Shown here piece by piece: positions 48,786 through 59,119 of a stretch of 64,000 nucleotides of DNA (position 1 is the first letter of the stretch; each line of letters starts with the position of its first letter). Under the pieces are notes generated by a model. That model did not search any database. It was not told the DNA's origin and saw only the letters and a list, made by a program, of their open reading frames with translations. The translations under genes were made by a program, and so were the position numbers. The stretch covers positions 10,944-74,943 of the forward strand of contig NIVC01003826.1 of assembly GCA_002269645.1 (NCBI GenBank). Direction: 5' to 3'. The DNA is from Macrostomum lignano. Taxonomy: Eukaryota.

Positions 48786-49353
48786 CTAATTTATTTGATG
48801 ACTTTCAATCGCTCTCTCCATTGCCACATTTGTTTGCAATTGATCGATCGTCTTGGATGTTATCGCACGACACTCTGGACATGTTATACTATTTTCTGCC
48901 GCATTGTACAAAGTTTGGACACATCTCAAGCAGAACGAATGCGGGCAGTCCAGCTTCCTAGAAGGCGAAAGCCAGTTGTAGCACACTGGGCATTCGCATC
49001 CACGCGGGATGTTTTCCCTCTCGCGGCTCTCCAACTCCTTCTCTTTAATTTGAATCTTTTCCTTTAGGTCTTTAACCACCTTCAAATAGTAATAAATGAA
49101 ACAATGCCATGATTAATGATAAAAAAGTACCCAGAAATACACAGAAAACACAAATTTCGAGTCTTACCTGCACTGATTTAAAAAATTCCGTATTTCTCTG
49201 AAGTGAACTTTCATTCCACACTATATATATAGTCTCTAGCGGACAGGTTTTGAGGTCGCTATCAGCGTGCAACGCGGTTGTCACATTTTGTGCAGTCCGT
49301 AGTTTTGACTTAAGATTTTGCAGTCGCCGTTTATCAGTAGCAGTTGAGGGCAT
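48786..49353 (-). CDS. Spliced C3HC4 RING-finger protein (TRIM-like RING), 159 aa
   Basis: Exon 1 is 49353-49168 (ATG, 62 codons). The intron GTAAGA...TTTGAAG spans 49167-49080. Exon 2 (49079-48786) is in frame and contains CPVC...CPHSFCLRC...CPECR. Confidence 0.8.
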
Positions 49354-49620
49354 ATGTGGGGAGAAGCAGCCCGAGTGTTTCTGTGTTTGCTTAAATATAG
49401 CTAGCCGTAGAAAATTCTAGAAAATTCCAGACTGTACAATCTTGGAGTCAAGCAGGGAAAACAATCGATATAGCTCAGTGTACGATAGAGCATGAGGCGT
49501 GTGAATGTGAGGGGTGAGACTTCTCTATAGACAAAGCATAGGGTGAGGAGGCGAGGAGCATGAAGGAGAAGCATGGTGGAAAGAGAGATTGTAGCCGAAA
49601 CCAGTGTGCTCAAGACTGTA

Positions 49621-49748
49621 CACTTGTGTGGAGAAAAGCGAAGCGAAGGCCAAAAGGCCAGTTTGCGATAAAATTTGGCCTTACTCGAGGCCAAAATCCT
49701 TTGCGTTCTGGCCTTTTGGCCTTCGCTTCTTTTCGCTCCACACAAGTG
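49621..49748. other. 128-bp imperfect palindrome
   Basis: CACTTGTGTGGAGAAAAGCGAAGCGAAGGCCAAAAGGCCAG ... CTGGCCTTTTGGCCTTCGCTTCTTTTCGCTCCACACAAGTG, with an inner TTTGGCC/GGCCAAA hairpin. Confidence 0.9.
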
Positions 49749-49757
49749 GAGAGAGAA

Positions 49758-50207
49758 TCATTCTGCTCTCTCAACCCCCAGCTCTTTCAACAGTCTTCCT
49801 AGTTCTTGACTTGGCGCGTGCAATGCAAAACCCACCCCACCTTCGCCTTGAACCCCCAACCCCAGTTTTGTCTTACTAAAAATAACAGCTTTAACTAGCT
49901 TCCGAGCGATCGACTCACGAAATCCGCTTGAAGCCCCTATATTGTCTAGTCTCTTAAGCATTTCTTTGTCCCAACGATTCTTCTCCTCAGGAAAATCTCT
50001 ATATTTAACGTCATGCCACATGCAGACAGAGTCTAGCTCGTTCACAGGCTCATGCCCAGGATTTGGGTTGTTGTTTCCATCCAGCTGTATTTCAAGAGGA
50101 TTCAAAGGCCCGCAATATTTATAGCCGGGAAGTGTCCAGCCTTTGTTTGGATGAGGAAGCTTTTCTATCAGTCCATGTGAATCTATTTTACCACCAGAGC
50201 GCTGCAT
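49758..50207 (-). CDS. Parvovirus VP1u-type phospholipase A2 domain protein, 149 aa
   Basis: ATG at 50207; LPGYKYCGP Ca-binding loop and NELDSVCMWHDVKY catalytic HD motif. Confidence 0.88.
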   Translation of the reverse strand: MQRSGGKIDSHGLIEKLPHPNKGWTLPGYKYCGPLNPLEIQLDGNNNPNPGHEPVNELDSVCMWHDVKYRDFPEEKNRWDKEMLKRLDNIGASSGFRESIARKLVKAVIFSKTKLGLGVQGEGGVGFALHAPSQELGRLLKELGVERAE

Positions 50208-50237
50208 TATTTTATTTAAAATTTTCTTTTTAAATAA

Positions 50238-51275
50238 ATGACAGATCAGAAACTTAAAAAACTCTACTACAGCGACAAAGGATTCTTTGTAGGCAAAAAT
50301 GCTGTTAGTAAACTCATGGAGCTGAGTAAAGAGCCAAAAGCTACAGTAGAAAAATGGCTCTCTAAGCAGGCTGTCTTTCAAGTCTATTTCCCACCAGTAA
50401 AATTTGAAAGGCCCCATTTCAGTATTTATAAACCTAATGAAGCGCACCAAGCAGATCTTTTGTTTCTCCCCAACGACTCAGGCTACAAGTATGCTCTTAC
50501 AATTATTGACATTGCTTCCAGATATAAGGAAGCTCGCCCACTCAAGACGAAGAAGTCAGAGGTTGTTGCCAGCGCACTGCAAGATATTTATAAAAACTCT
50601 CCGCTCACATACCCCCAAATCTTTATGACCGACCCGGGTAAGGAATTCATGGGTGTAGTGAAATCCCTTATGGAAAAGAAAAACACAGAGATTCGCTATG
50701 GCAGAACAAACTTGCACAGAGACCAGGCTTTTGTGGAAAGATTCAATCTAACTCTAGCCAAGAGACTATTCACTAAGCAGACAGCGCAAGAACTCAAACT
50801 GAGTGCGGGGCAGTACTATACCAAGTGGACAGAAAGACTCCCCACTGTTATAGAGCAACTGAACAATGAAGTCACACGCATGACTGGATTGAAACCATCC
50901 CATGCAATTAAACAAGACACTGTCGAACTTAAGGCATCTCATAGAACAGACAACAACACGACAACCCCACACAACACGCACAACACAAAACACACCTCGA
51001 ACTACCCTAAGCTTCCAGGAGTTGAATCACCATACATACTGACAAACTCTGAGTTTCTACGCTTTTTATATCTACCTGGAGAGCTAGAGAAAGACACCAA
51101 AAGAAGAGCTACAGATCCATACTTCAGCCTTGATGTGCATAAAATAGACAGACATTTTACCTCCGACTCCGGTGACTATTACTTTTTATCTCAAGCCTTT
51201 AACCCTAAATCCCCCACGCGGTCATTCACTAGAGCTGAACTCCTAGTGATACCAGCTGACACAGAAATTAATTAA
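50238..51275 (+). CDS. int: Polinton retroviral-like (rve) integrase, 345 aa
   Basis: QADLLFL, TIIDIASRY, TDPGKEF, VERFNLTL; intact ORF. Confidence 0.95.
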   Translation: MTDQKLKKLYYSDKGFFVGKNAVSKLMELSKEPKATVEKWLSKQAVFQVYFPPVKFERPHFSIYKPNEAHQADLLFLPNDSGYKYALTIIDIASRYKEARPLKTKKSEVVASALQDIYKNSPLTYPQIFMTDPGKEFMGVVKSLMEKKNTEIRYGRTNLHRDQAFVERFNLTLAKRLFTKQTAQELKLSAGQYYTKWTERLPTVIEQLNNEVTRMTGLKPSHAIKQDTVELKASHRTDNNTTTPHNTHNTKHTSNYPKLPGVESPYILTNSEFLRFLYLPGELEKDTKRRATDPYFSLDVHKIDRHFTSDSGDYYFLSQAFNPKSPTRSFTRAELLVIPADTEIN

Positions 51276-51291
51276 AATATTAAAATAAAAA

Positions 51292-51747
51292 ATGACAAAG
51301 ATTGAAACTAGAACCATCAATAAACTCAATAAAATCATTGAATCAAAGAAACCAGGTATTATATCAATTAAAGGTGTCAAAGTAAAAATCGATCCCACGC
51401 AGCAAATAGTTCAGTGTAATGAACAAAGACACAGCATCACAGATGAAAAGTCAGGAGGAATCCTACCATTAGCAGCTCTTATTCCGATCATTGCAGGCGC
51501 TGTAAGTGCCGCAGGTGGTGTAGCTGGAGGTGTAGCAACTGCTGTTAAAGCTGGGAATGATAGAGCCCACCAGCTGGAATTGCAAAAGATTGCAAGAGAC
51601 AAAGGTATAACAATTAAGGCAGGAGATGGTTGCCCTGATTTTGATGATTGTGATGATTGTGAGCATGAAAATTCTGTAAGCAAGTCTGACATTGTCAAAG
51701 CCATCATGACACTGCACAATGCTGGGTTTACAATAATGCGGATGTGA
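51292..51747 (+). CDS. Small protein with an adenovirus pX-like hydrophobic Gly/Ala segment, 151 aa
   Basis: SGGILPLAALIPIIAGAVSAAGGVAGGVA, similar to adenoviral GGFLPALIPIIAAAIGA; basic N-terminus. Confidence 0.7.
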   Translation: MTKIETRTINKLNKIIESKKPGIISIKGVKVKIDPTQQIVQCNEQRHSITDEKSGGILPLAALIPIIAGAVSAAGGVAGGVATAVKAGNDRAHQLELQKIARDKGITIKAGDGCPDFDDCDDCEHENSVSKSDIVKAIMTLHNAGFTIMRM

Positions 51748-51869
51748 TGAGGTTTAAAACCCCACTTTATCCAGCTTCATAAACCTAATACTACTTATAG
51801 GATGTAGAAACAGTTCAACTTTTCTATCAGGGTGGTCACCCTCAAAATTTTTTTATATTTTCGAGAAAA

Positions 51870-54800
51870 ATGCCAAAAGCTAATCCAGCAAGAGATTTAG
51901 TCAACAAATATTTTTCAAAAGGCGTCTCATTTCAAGACAAAAGTAATTCACTAAGAGAAGCATGCAAACAAAAGTTCAACACCGACCCTGGTCACCTGGG
52001 AAGCTATGAAAAACAGTTGGAAATCATCAATCAATTAGAATCAAACCAGTATGCGCCTATAAAAAATTCTGCAAAGGAACACCAAGAGAGGAGTCGCAAC
52101 TTAGTTAACAAATATGAAACTCTCACTGGTGAAAAAGCAAAGTACCCACAAAATAAGCAGGAACAAGAGAAATTAGAGCAATTAATCCATTTAAAAGAGT
52201 CGGAGCTTGCCACTGAAGAGATTAATTTTGCACAGACGAAGTTTACAGAACATTACATAGAGTACACAATCCCAATTAACGGCACCAACGGTACCACCGC
52301 AAATATCTACGACTATAAAGACAGCATCCAATCAGTTGTTGATCACACACTCAAAACACGCAAGACCTTTAAACTACAGATATCATTCAAGATTGCGTTT
52401 TATATGCCTGCAAAACCCACTGAGCATCTCGAGTATTACATGACAACAAAGGCAAAGCCATTCACCCCAACAGACACACTGGATCCTTTCCTTCAAGATG
52501 TCAATAAGAAAATTGAAGCGTTTACATCCAGAGGTTCCGGATGGGTCGTGGGAGGGATTCAAAGAGCGACTGTCAGGGTCATGAAATATGACCCACTTAA
52601 AGCCTCCTCTTATATAGAGCTCCCGCATAAGCTAGCCGGTAAAAAAGCTTGCATAAATGTTAAAAATAAAGACAATTGCTGTGCTCTATGGGCAGTTCTT
52701 TCTGCACTTTTTAGTGTCCCTCACCACCCCGAAAGAACCTCAAATTATCAAAATTATTTTAACTACTATCTCATTGAATGCGAAAAGAAGGGAATCAGGT
52801 TTGACAAAGGAGGCTTGGCATCTCTCAATCCCAAAGCTAGAAGAAGTGTTTAATAACAAAATTAGAATCACAGTCTTTGAGTGGAGTGAGAAAACTGAGA
52901 AAGTTCAACCGGTCAGATGTAGCAAAGACGTTTTAGATCCGAGGGGAAAAGGCGGACTGAAGTGGATCTTCTAGTGATTGGTAATTTACTAGAGGAGGCT
53001 CACTATGTTTGGATTAAAGATCTTTCAAGACTCATACACAAGCAGTTGAATAATCATCACGAGGCTGTTGCCATCTGCCGCTTGTGCCTTAAGCATTACA
53101 GTGGACCTGAACGCTTTGAAAAACTAGCAGAGCATGAATTATCATGCGAGGATCACCCGACAAACTGCTCTCTTCCTTCAGCTGAAGAGAAGTATCTCCG
53201 GTTTAAGAACTATCACAAGATGGAGAAGCTCCCATTTGTTGTATATGCTGATTTCGAATGCTCAATCGTGCCAGAAACTCAAAAACAAACTCAAACTCAA
53301 AAACATGTCCCCAATTCAGTAGCATATGCTTTATTATACAAAAGACTTGTTGAGTATAATTATTTCTTTGGAGAGCAGTGTGTGGAGCAGTTTATTGCCA
53401 GAATGTTAGAGTTGCAAAAATTGATTAGCACCCTTCAACCTGTTCCAATAATGATGACTGAGGAGGATGAAAGCAATTTCCTATCAGCAACTCATTGCCA
53501 CATCTGCAGGAAACATTTAACTTGCACTAATATTAAAAACCCCACCGTTAGGGACCACTGCCACTATACTGGGAAATTTAGAGGTGCAGCGCATAACACC
53601 TGTAATCTAAAGCTAAAATCGAACATTCATGATCTAACGATATTTTGTCACAACGCAAAGAACTATGACATGCATTTAATAGTTGAAAAAATCGGCATGA
53701 TTCCAGACATACACCTTGATTGCATCGCAGAGAACAAGGAGAAGTTTAAGTGTGTTGATATTAAACAGGATAATTCGGGTAAAGGTAAAATAAGACTGAA
53801 GGATTCATATCAATTTCTAGCTGCCAGTCTAGACGAACTAAGCAAGAATCTAAAAGATGAACAATGTACATATACAAAGATGTTTGCAAGTAAAATTAAC
53901 AACACTGATGAATCATTTAAACTCCTGAGAACCAAAGGCTTCTACCCCTATGAAAATATTACTGGGTATCACGTATTTGAAGAAGGTTTACCACCACAGG
54001 AGAAGTTCTTTTCAAAGCTAACAGACTCTGGAATCTCTGACAAAGACTATGAGCACGCGAAGCATGTCTATAATTACTTTAATTGTCAAAACTTCTTCCA
54101 GTATCACCTGCTTTACCTCTACACAGATGTGTTTCTGCTGGCCGATGTGTTTGAAACCTTCAGATCACCTGGTACACAGCATACGGCCTCGATCCAGCAC
54201 ATTATGTGTCTCTGCCTGCCACTAGCTGGGAATCTTTGCTTAAAATGAAATGGGATCAAGATCCAGATTGGTACATTGAACTTCTTACAGACATTGACAT
54301 GTACAATTTTGTCGAATCGTCAAAGCGAGGGGGAATCTCAATTTGCACCCATAGATATGCAAAAGCAAACAATCCCTACATTGAATCTTACAATAAGGAG
54401 CAGCCCTCAAACTACATTACTTACTTGGACGCTAATAATCTCTACGGGTGGGCGATGAGTCAAGATCTTCCAGTTAGAGATTTTCGATGGTTACCCTCAT
54501 CAGAATTCAAACGGGACTTTTCATTGGCTGCCATTTATGAGGTTGATGTTTACATTCCACCAGAGCTTCACGACTATTTCTCTGACTTTCCACCCTTCCC
54601 AGAGAACATCAAGTGCCCGAAAATAATCGAAACTCCCAATGATAATAATGGAACTTGGCGCTTGTCAGGAACAGAAAAAGAACATACAGAGAAACTAACA
54701 CAGAATCTAAACAACAAGACACGTTACAAAATCCATTACAAACTGCTTCAGTATTTTATCTCACTTGGTTGCAGGGTCACCAAAGTTCACCGGGCTCTTA

Positions 54801-55680
54801 CATTTACAGAGGAAGCGTGGATGAAACCCTACATTGATAAGAACACCCAGTTTAGGACCAAAGCAACCAACGACTTTGACAAGAACCTCTTTAAGTTGGC
54901 CAACAACTCTGTCTATGGCAAGACTCTTGAGAATGAGCGGAAAAGAACAAACCTGAAACTTGTTACCTCATCAGAGCCTGATGTTATTCAGGCAAATTGT
55001 CAAAGCCAACATTCAAAGAACTCCATATCTTTAATAGCTACTTAGGTGTGATCATATTTTACAAAACCAAGGTGACGCTGCGCAAGCCGATCTATACAGG
55101 TGTCACTGTTCTCGACGAATCAAAACGTCTGATGTACCAGTTCTTCTATGGCATGAAGCAGCAGTACAAGGATAAAATGAAACTCTTGTACACTGACACA
55201 GACAGTTTTATTATGGACATTCAAACAGAAGACATTTATCAGGACATGCTGCAGCAAAAAGATTTGTTTGACTTGTCTGAGTATGATGAATCTTTCAGGA
55301 CACAGAATGGCGATCAAGTGTTTGACGCCACTAACAAGAAAGTGATTGGGAAAATGAAGGACGAGATTGCTGGTGACATAATCACTGAATTCATTGGGTT
55401 GAGAGCAAAGTCCTATTTTATAAAATGTGAGTCGTCAGACCCAATCAAAAAATCAAAGGGAATTCCGAAACGTGTAGTTAGGAAGGAAATTAATGAAGCT
55501 GAATACAGAGACGCCTTGAATTGCAACAAAAAGACATCACATGAGTTCTCAAAGCTACAATCCAAAAACCATATTATTCACACAATTCGCAAAAGAAGAT
55601 TGGACTGTCAGGTGCAGATAACAAGAGATTCATTTTTGATGACAATATCAACAGTCTACCGTTCGGCATTGGAGGTTAGG
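51870..55680 (+). pseudogene. polB: Protein-primed DNA polymerase B, split by about 5 single-base frameshifts
   Basis: YADFE, FCHNAKNYD, YLYTDVFLLADVF, YGLDPAHY (hidden frame), YLDANNLYG, KLANNSVYGK, YTDTDS, KKSKGI, and C-terminal KIGLSGADNKRFIFDD...LPFG (hidden frame). Breaks at about 52820, 52960, 54165, 54990 and 55590. Confidence 0.95.
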
Positions 55681-55738
55681 TTTAGGAGGTGGATATTGGG
55701 TTTAGGTTTGAGAGAAAGTTTAATAAACCTCATAAAAA

Positions 55739-56140
55739 ATGACAACAAATAACTTTCTTGAAGATTTGGCTAACGAACTGGAAATCCCAAACTTTAGAGG
55801 AATATTTATGAGGGACACTCTGCCTGATTTTCCTCTAAGAAAAGAATGCGGCATCATGAACTTTGACACCACCGATAAGCCAGGATCTCATTGGGTTTGC
55901 TGGGTGATTGATCCCAATCGCAAGCACAAGTGTTATTACTTCGATAGCTATGGGACGGCAGTACCAGAAGAGCTAAGAAATTATATGAAGGGAAAAAATA
56001 ATAAAAAAATTTATCGCTCAGACTTTATTCTCCAAGGTCTTAGCAGTGATATTTGCGGTGAGCTGTGCATGACTGTTTTGTATGCAATGACCAAAACACG
56101 AAAGACCTACAAGGAAATTATTCTTGGCTGTGTTTCATAG
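55739..56140 (+). CDS. Adenain-like cysteine (maturation) protease, 133 aa
   Basis: GSHWVCW, YYFDSYG, QGLSSDICGELC (His/Asp/Gln/Cys catalytic set). Confidence 0.93.
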   Translation: MTTNNFLEDLANELEIPNFRGIFMRDTLPDFPLRKECGIMNFDTTDKPGSHWVCWVIDPNRKHKCYYFDSYGTAVPEELRNYMKGKNNKKIYRSDFILQGLSSDICGELCMTVLYAMTKTRKTYKEIILGCVS

Positions 56141-56813
56141 GGTTCATTGTGCATTCCTCGTCGTCCTTCTTGCGAATTTCTTGCCGAATTTTTCGCCGAC
56201 TTTCTTTCCGCATAATGTTGAAAACTTTCTCGAGTTCATTTCTCAGCTGACTCATGTCATCAGTACCGACCATGTTCAAGTTCATTCGAATTGATTGTTC
56301 ATAAAGATCCTGAATGGTTTTGAACTCATCCTCTGAAATGAACTTATCGTCTATTGCTCTTGAAATGTACCCTATGATTGAAGTGTGCACCCCTTTCTCT
56401 TTTACTTGCTTCTCCTGTAGCTGCTTTAGTTTTTTTCGCCTGTTTCGCGCTAATGCTCCAGTAATTGCTGAAATAAGTCCACATGCAGCACCCACAGAGC
56501 CGAGCGGGATTGCGATTGGGGCTGTGATGACTGGCAACACTGAGACAGCTGCAGCAGATCCAGATAGAACAGACACAGATCCTAGAATCATATTGCTGTA
56601 GTCGAAAAATTTACAGTGGTTGTCATAGCGCTTAATTTTCTTTGTGTTGTGGAAAATATTTTTTTCAAGATCATCGCGCATTTTTTGAATCTCCACTAGT
56701 CGAAACTGTTGAGAGTTACAAGTAATGACGGGGTAGAGTTTTTGTTGCTCATATTGGGGTGCACTAGGTGCTGTGGGAGCATTCGGATCATAAAGAGAAT
56801 TTTGAGCATCCAT
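56118..56813 (-). CDS. Polinton membrane-associated protein with a hydrophobic hairpin, 231 aa
   Basis: Long hydrophobic stretch (MILGSVSVL...ITGALA), then RNRRKK and ISRAIDDKFISEDEF; intact ORF with an AAAAAATG start. Confidence 0.75.
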   Translation of the reverse strand: MDAQNSLYDPNAPTAPSAPQYEQQKLYPVITCNSQQFRLVEIQKMRDDLEKNIFHNTKKIKRYDNHCKFFDYSNMILGSVSVLSGSAAAVSVLPVITAPIAIPLGSVGAACGLISAITGALARNRRKKLKQLQEKQVKEKGVHTSIIGYISRAIDDKFISEDEFKTIQDLYEQSIRMNLNMVGTDDMSQLRNELEKVFNIMRKESRRKIRQEIRKKDDEECTMNPMKHSQE

Positions 56814-56921
56814 TTTTTAGGGAATTTTTTTAAAAAAATCGGCAACTAGTTGGTGGTGGCTAGATTTGTTTTACGGTTGATTGCTTCGTCTGCAGTGACG
56901 GCAACAGGTCTCTGAATCTGC

Positions 56922-57653
56922 CTATTCATTATCTGTGAGCTCCATTCTACGCATGATCTCAAACAAGTCGGTTGGATCACTTGTTTCCCTTGTGGTCTGT
57001 GGTGCCTCTTCAGCGTCAATGTTTTTGAGATTATGCAAGCGTTCAAGACGACCGATTCTTCTCACCGATTTCTGCCATTCGGTAAAAACTAAATCTACAA
57101 AGACTTTAATTGCAGTAATTCTTACTTTGATTCGATCATGCAACGCTGTTGACTGAGTCATGAACTCTTCTAAATTCCTCACTTTACCTGTGTTGGTTGC
57201 GACGTTTTCTTTAATTCTATCATGCAACGCTGTTGACTGGTTCATGAACTCTTCTAAATTATTCACTTTAGCTGTGTTTGTGAAAACTCCTCCTTCAAGA
57301 ATACGCATCCGTCTATCAGTGGAATTTCCCAGAAGATTAACTGTCGATCTTAAGCTGTTGATTTGCGAGACTGCCGAAGTTATTTCTGACCTAAGTTCAT
57401 TAGTTGCGTTTAACAACGGCACATAAAGCTTATCACTTTCAAACTTCTGCCTGGCTACTTTAAGCCTGAGATCTTCCATGTTTATTTGCAACTGGTGCAT
57501 GGAGCGCTCTAGGGTTTTCAGTCTGTTTTTATTCAGTTTGATCTCTGGGATCTTTTCGTCGCTGTTGATATATCGCCTGTCAAGGATGGATATCTGAGCT
57601 GATGTAAGAGCGCTGTTGCCAGAAATGGATTCACCTGCAAAGTTTATCGACAT
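56922..57653 (-). CDS. Coiled-coil protein with a 26-aa internal duplication (candidate fibre/spike), 243 aa
   Basis: TNT(A/G)KV(N/R)NLEEFM(N/T)QSTALHDRIK occurs twice; heptad pattern. Confidence 0.7.
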   Translation of the reverse strand: MSINFAGESISGNSALTSAQISILDRRYINSDEKIPEIKLNKNRLKTLERSMHQLQINMEDLRLKVARQKFESDKLYVPLLNATNELRSEITSAVSQINSLRSTVNLLGNSTDRRMRILEGGVFTNTAKVNNLEEFMNQSTALHDRIKENVATNTGKVRNLEEFMTQSTALHDRIKVRITAIKVFVDLVFTEWQKSVRRIGRLERLHNLKNIDAEEAPQTTRETSDPTDLFEIMRRMELTDNE

Positions 57654-57669
57654 CTTTTAATAGCAAATT

Positions 57670-58470
57670 TTAAATTACAGTTCTTTTTTCTTTGCTGATA
57701 ATCACAAACTGGTAAGGCTGATTCCACTTGTCATAGCAAAGATTAACGAATTCCTCTTGTGAAATCTTTCTGCTTGAGTTTTTTGTTGGATTTATGAAAT
57801 AGGCAGGCGCAATGACCTCATTGTAAAATCTTTTTAACCTGTCCTGTGGAATGGTTGGAAACAGGAGAATCAGATTGCAGTTCCCACGAATTGTTTTGTT
57901 CGGGAGCTCGAACCAGTTCTGTGCAATGTAAATTACATTACAATTGTTATGTCGCCCTCTTGTAAAATAGTTTTCTATCTGCTTCTGTGGGCCTGTCATA
58001 CAATCATCAAAGACGATCAAATGCTTTCTCCCCTTTTCTAGCTCATCTGGTTGGGGTAGAAGTTTGGTCTTTGGATCAGCCTGTGGATCTCCATAGGTGA
58101 ACACTTTAATGTTCTGCCATTTTTCATTGTCTTTGAGGTGCTTTGCATATTCGGCAGCTACAATTTCAGGGTTACTGGGAAGGCTCATTTGGTTATTAAA
58201 ACATGCAATAATGTCCTCTTTGTTCAGCTTGTTTTGAAGCCCTGCAATCAGCATTCTATACTCATCTTGATACAGTGTGGGAGAGTAGATGTGCAGAGTG
58301 TCATAGTCGATAAAGCCAGGTCTAAGAAGCATGTTAAAGACTCTGAATGTTTTACCTGAACCTGATGAACCAACAACAATGCATCTGAAGTGACTCGGGA
58401 TTGACTCATGATGAGAAAACTTAATCTGATTACGTGTCCAGTGAGGATTGAAGTCGTTTGAAAAGTCCAT
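57670..58470 (-). CDS. A32/FtsK-like DNA packaging ATPase, 266 aa
   Basis: Walker A IVVGSSGSGKT, Walker B LIVFDD, and RGRHNNCNVIYIAQ. Confidence 0.95.
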   Translation of the reverse strand: MDFSNDFNPHWTRNQIKFSHHESIPSHFRCIVVGSSGSGKTFRVFNMLLRPGFIDYDTLHIYSPTLYQDEYRMLIAGLQNKLNKEDIIACFNNQMSLPSNPEIVAAEYAKHLKDNEKWQNIKVFTYGDPQADPKTKLLPQPDELEKGRKHLIVFDDCMTGPQKQIENYFTRGRHNNCNVIYIAQNWFELPNKTIRGNCNLILLFPTIPQDRLKRFYNEVIAPAYFINPTKNSSRKISQEEFVNLCYDKWNQPYQFVIISKEKRTVI

Positions 58471-58508
58471 TTTTTCTATGATGAAAAAAATTTAAATAAT
58501 AAATAATG

Positions 58509-58677
58509 TAGATGTGTCATTTCGGGACTTAGATGTGTCATTTTGGGACTTAGATGTGTCATTTTGGGACTTGGATGTGTTATTTTGGGACTTAGATGTG
58601 TCATTTTGGGACTTAGATGTGTCATTTTGGGACTTAAATGTGTCATTTTGGTACTTAATTGTGTCATTTTGGGACTA
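58509..58677. repeat. 21-bp tandem repeat, about 8 copies, immediately upstream of the ATPase
   Basis: Unit GATGTGTCATTTTGGGACTTA. Confidence 0.95.
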
Positions 58678-58718
58678 GTCTTGTACCTTTACATTTCTTG
58701 TACCCTCGGAAAGTACCT

Positions 58719-59117
58719 TTAGTCAAATTTGAAACCACTTCCTTTTTTAATGCTAGCTCTCATCTTCTCATAGACTGCAGGGTCCACACTGTCTGGATTT
58801 GGGGCCAGCGGGGCCAGCGGGGCCAGCGGGGCCAGTGGAGGTTGAATCTCTTGTTTAGGTGTTACAGTATCCTTTATCTTTTTGGCTGCTGTGGCTACAC
58901 TGCCAGCCGCTTCGGCAACGTTCTTGATGTTCTCTTTGTTCTCTCCAATGACCTTAAAAATCTTAGCCCCCTGAGCGATCAAATCAGCAAGGCCATTCCC
59001 AGAGCGTTCTTTTCTTGGATAGTGGCCTGCAGGGAAAAGTCCAGATCCGCGTTTAATGAGATTAAGTTCCTCTTTGTCATAGTATTTGTCAATGTCTTTT
59101 TCGAAAATAATTGGCAT
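58719..59117 (-). CDS. Small Lys-rich protein with GxG motifs (candidate virion core precursor), 132 aa
   Basis: KRGSGL, RSGNGL, KKGSGF and an (LAP)4 repeat. Confidence 0.7.
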   Translation of the reverse strand: MPIIFEKDIDKYYDKEELNLIKRGSGLFPAGHYPRKERSGNGLADLIAQGAKIFKVIGENKENIKNVAEAAGSVATAAKKIKDTVTPKQEIQPPLAPLAPLAPLAPNPDSVDPAVYEKMRASIKKGSGFKFD

Positions 59118-59119
59118 CT

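Noticed and set aside
49758-50450. 230-aa version of the PLA2 ORF
   Set aside because: The extension is antisense to integrase and starts at a non-ATG codon; the ATG at 50207 has a good A-rich context.
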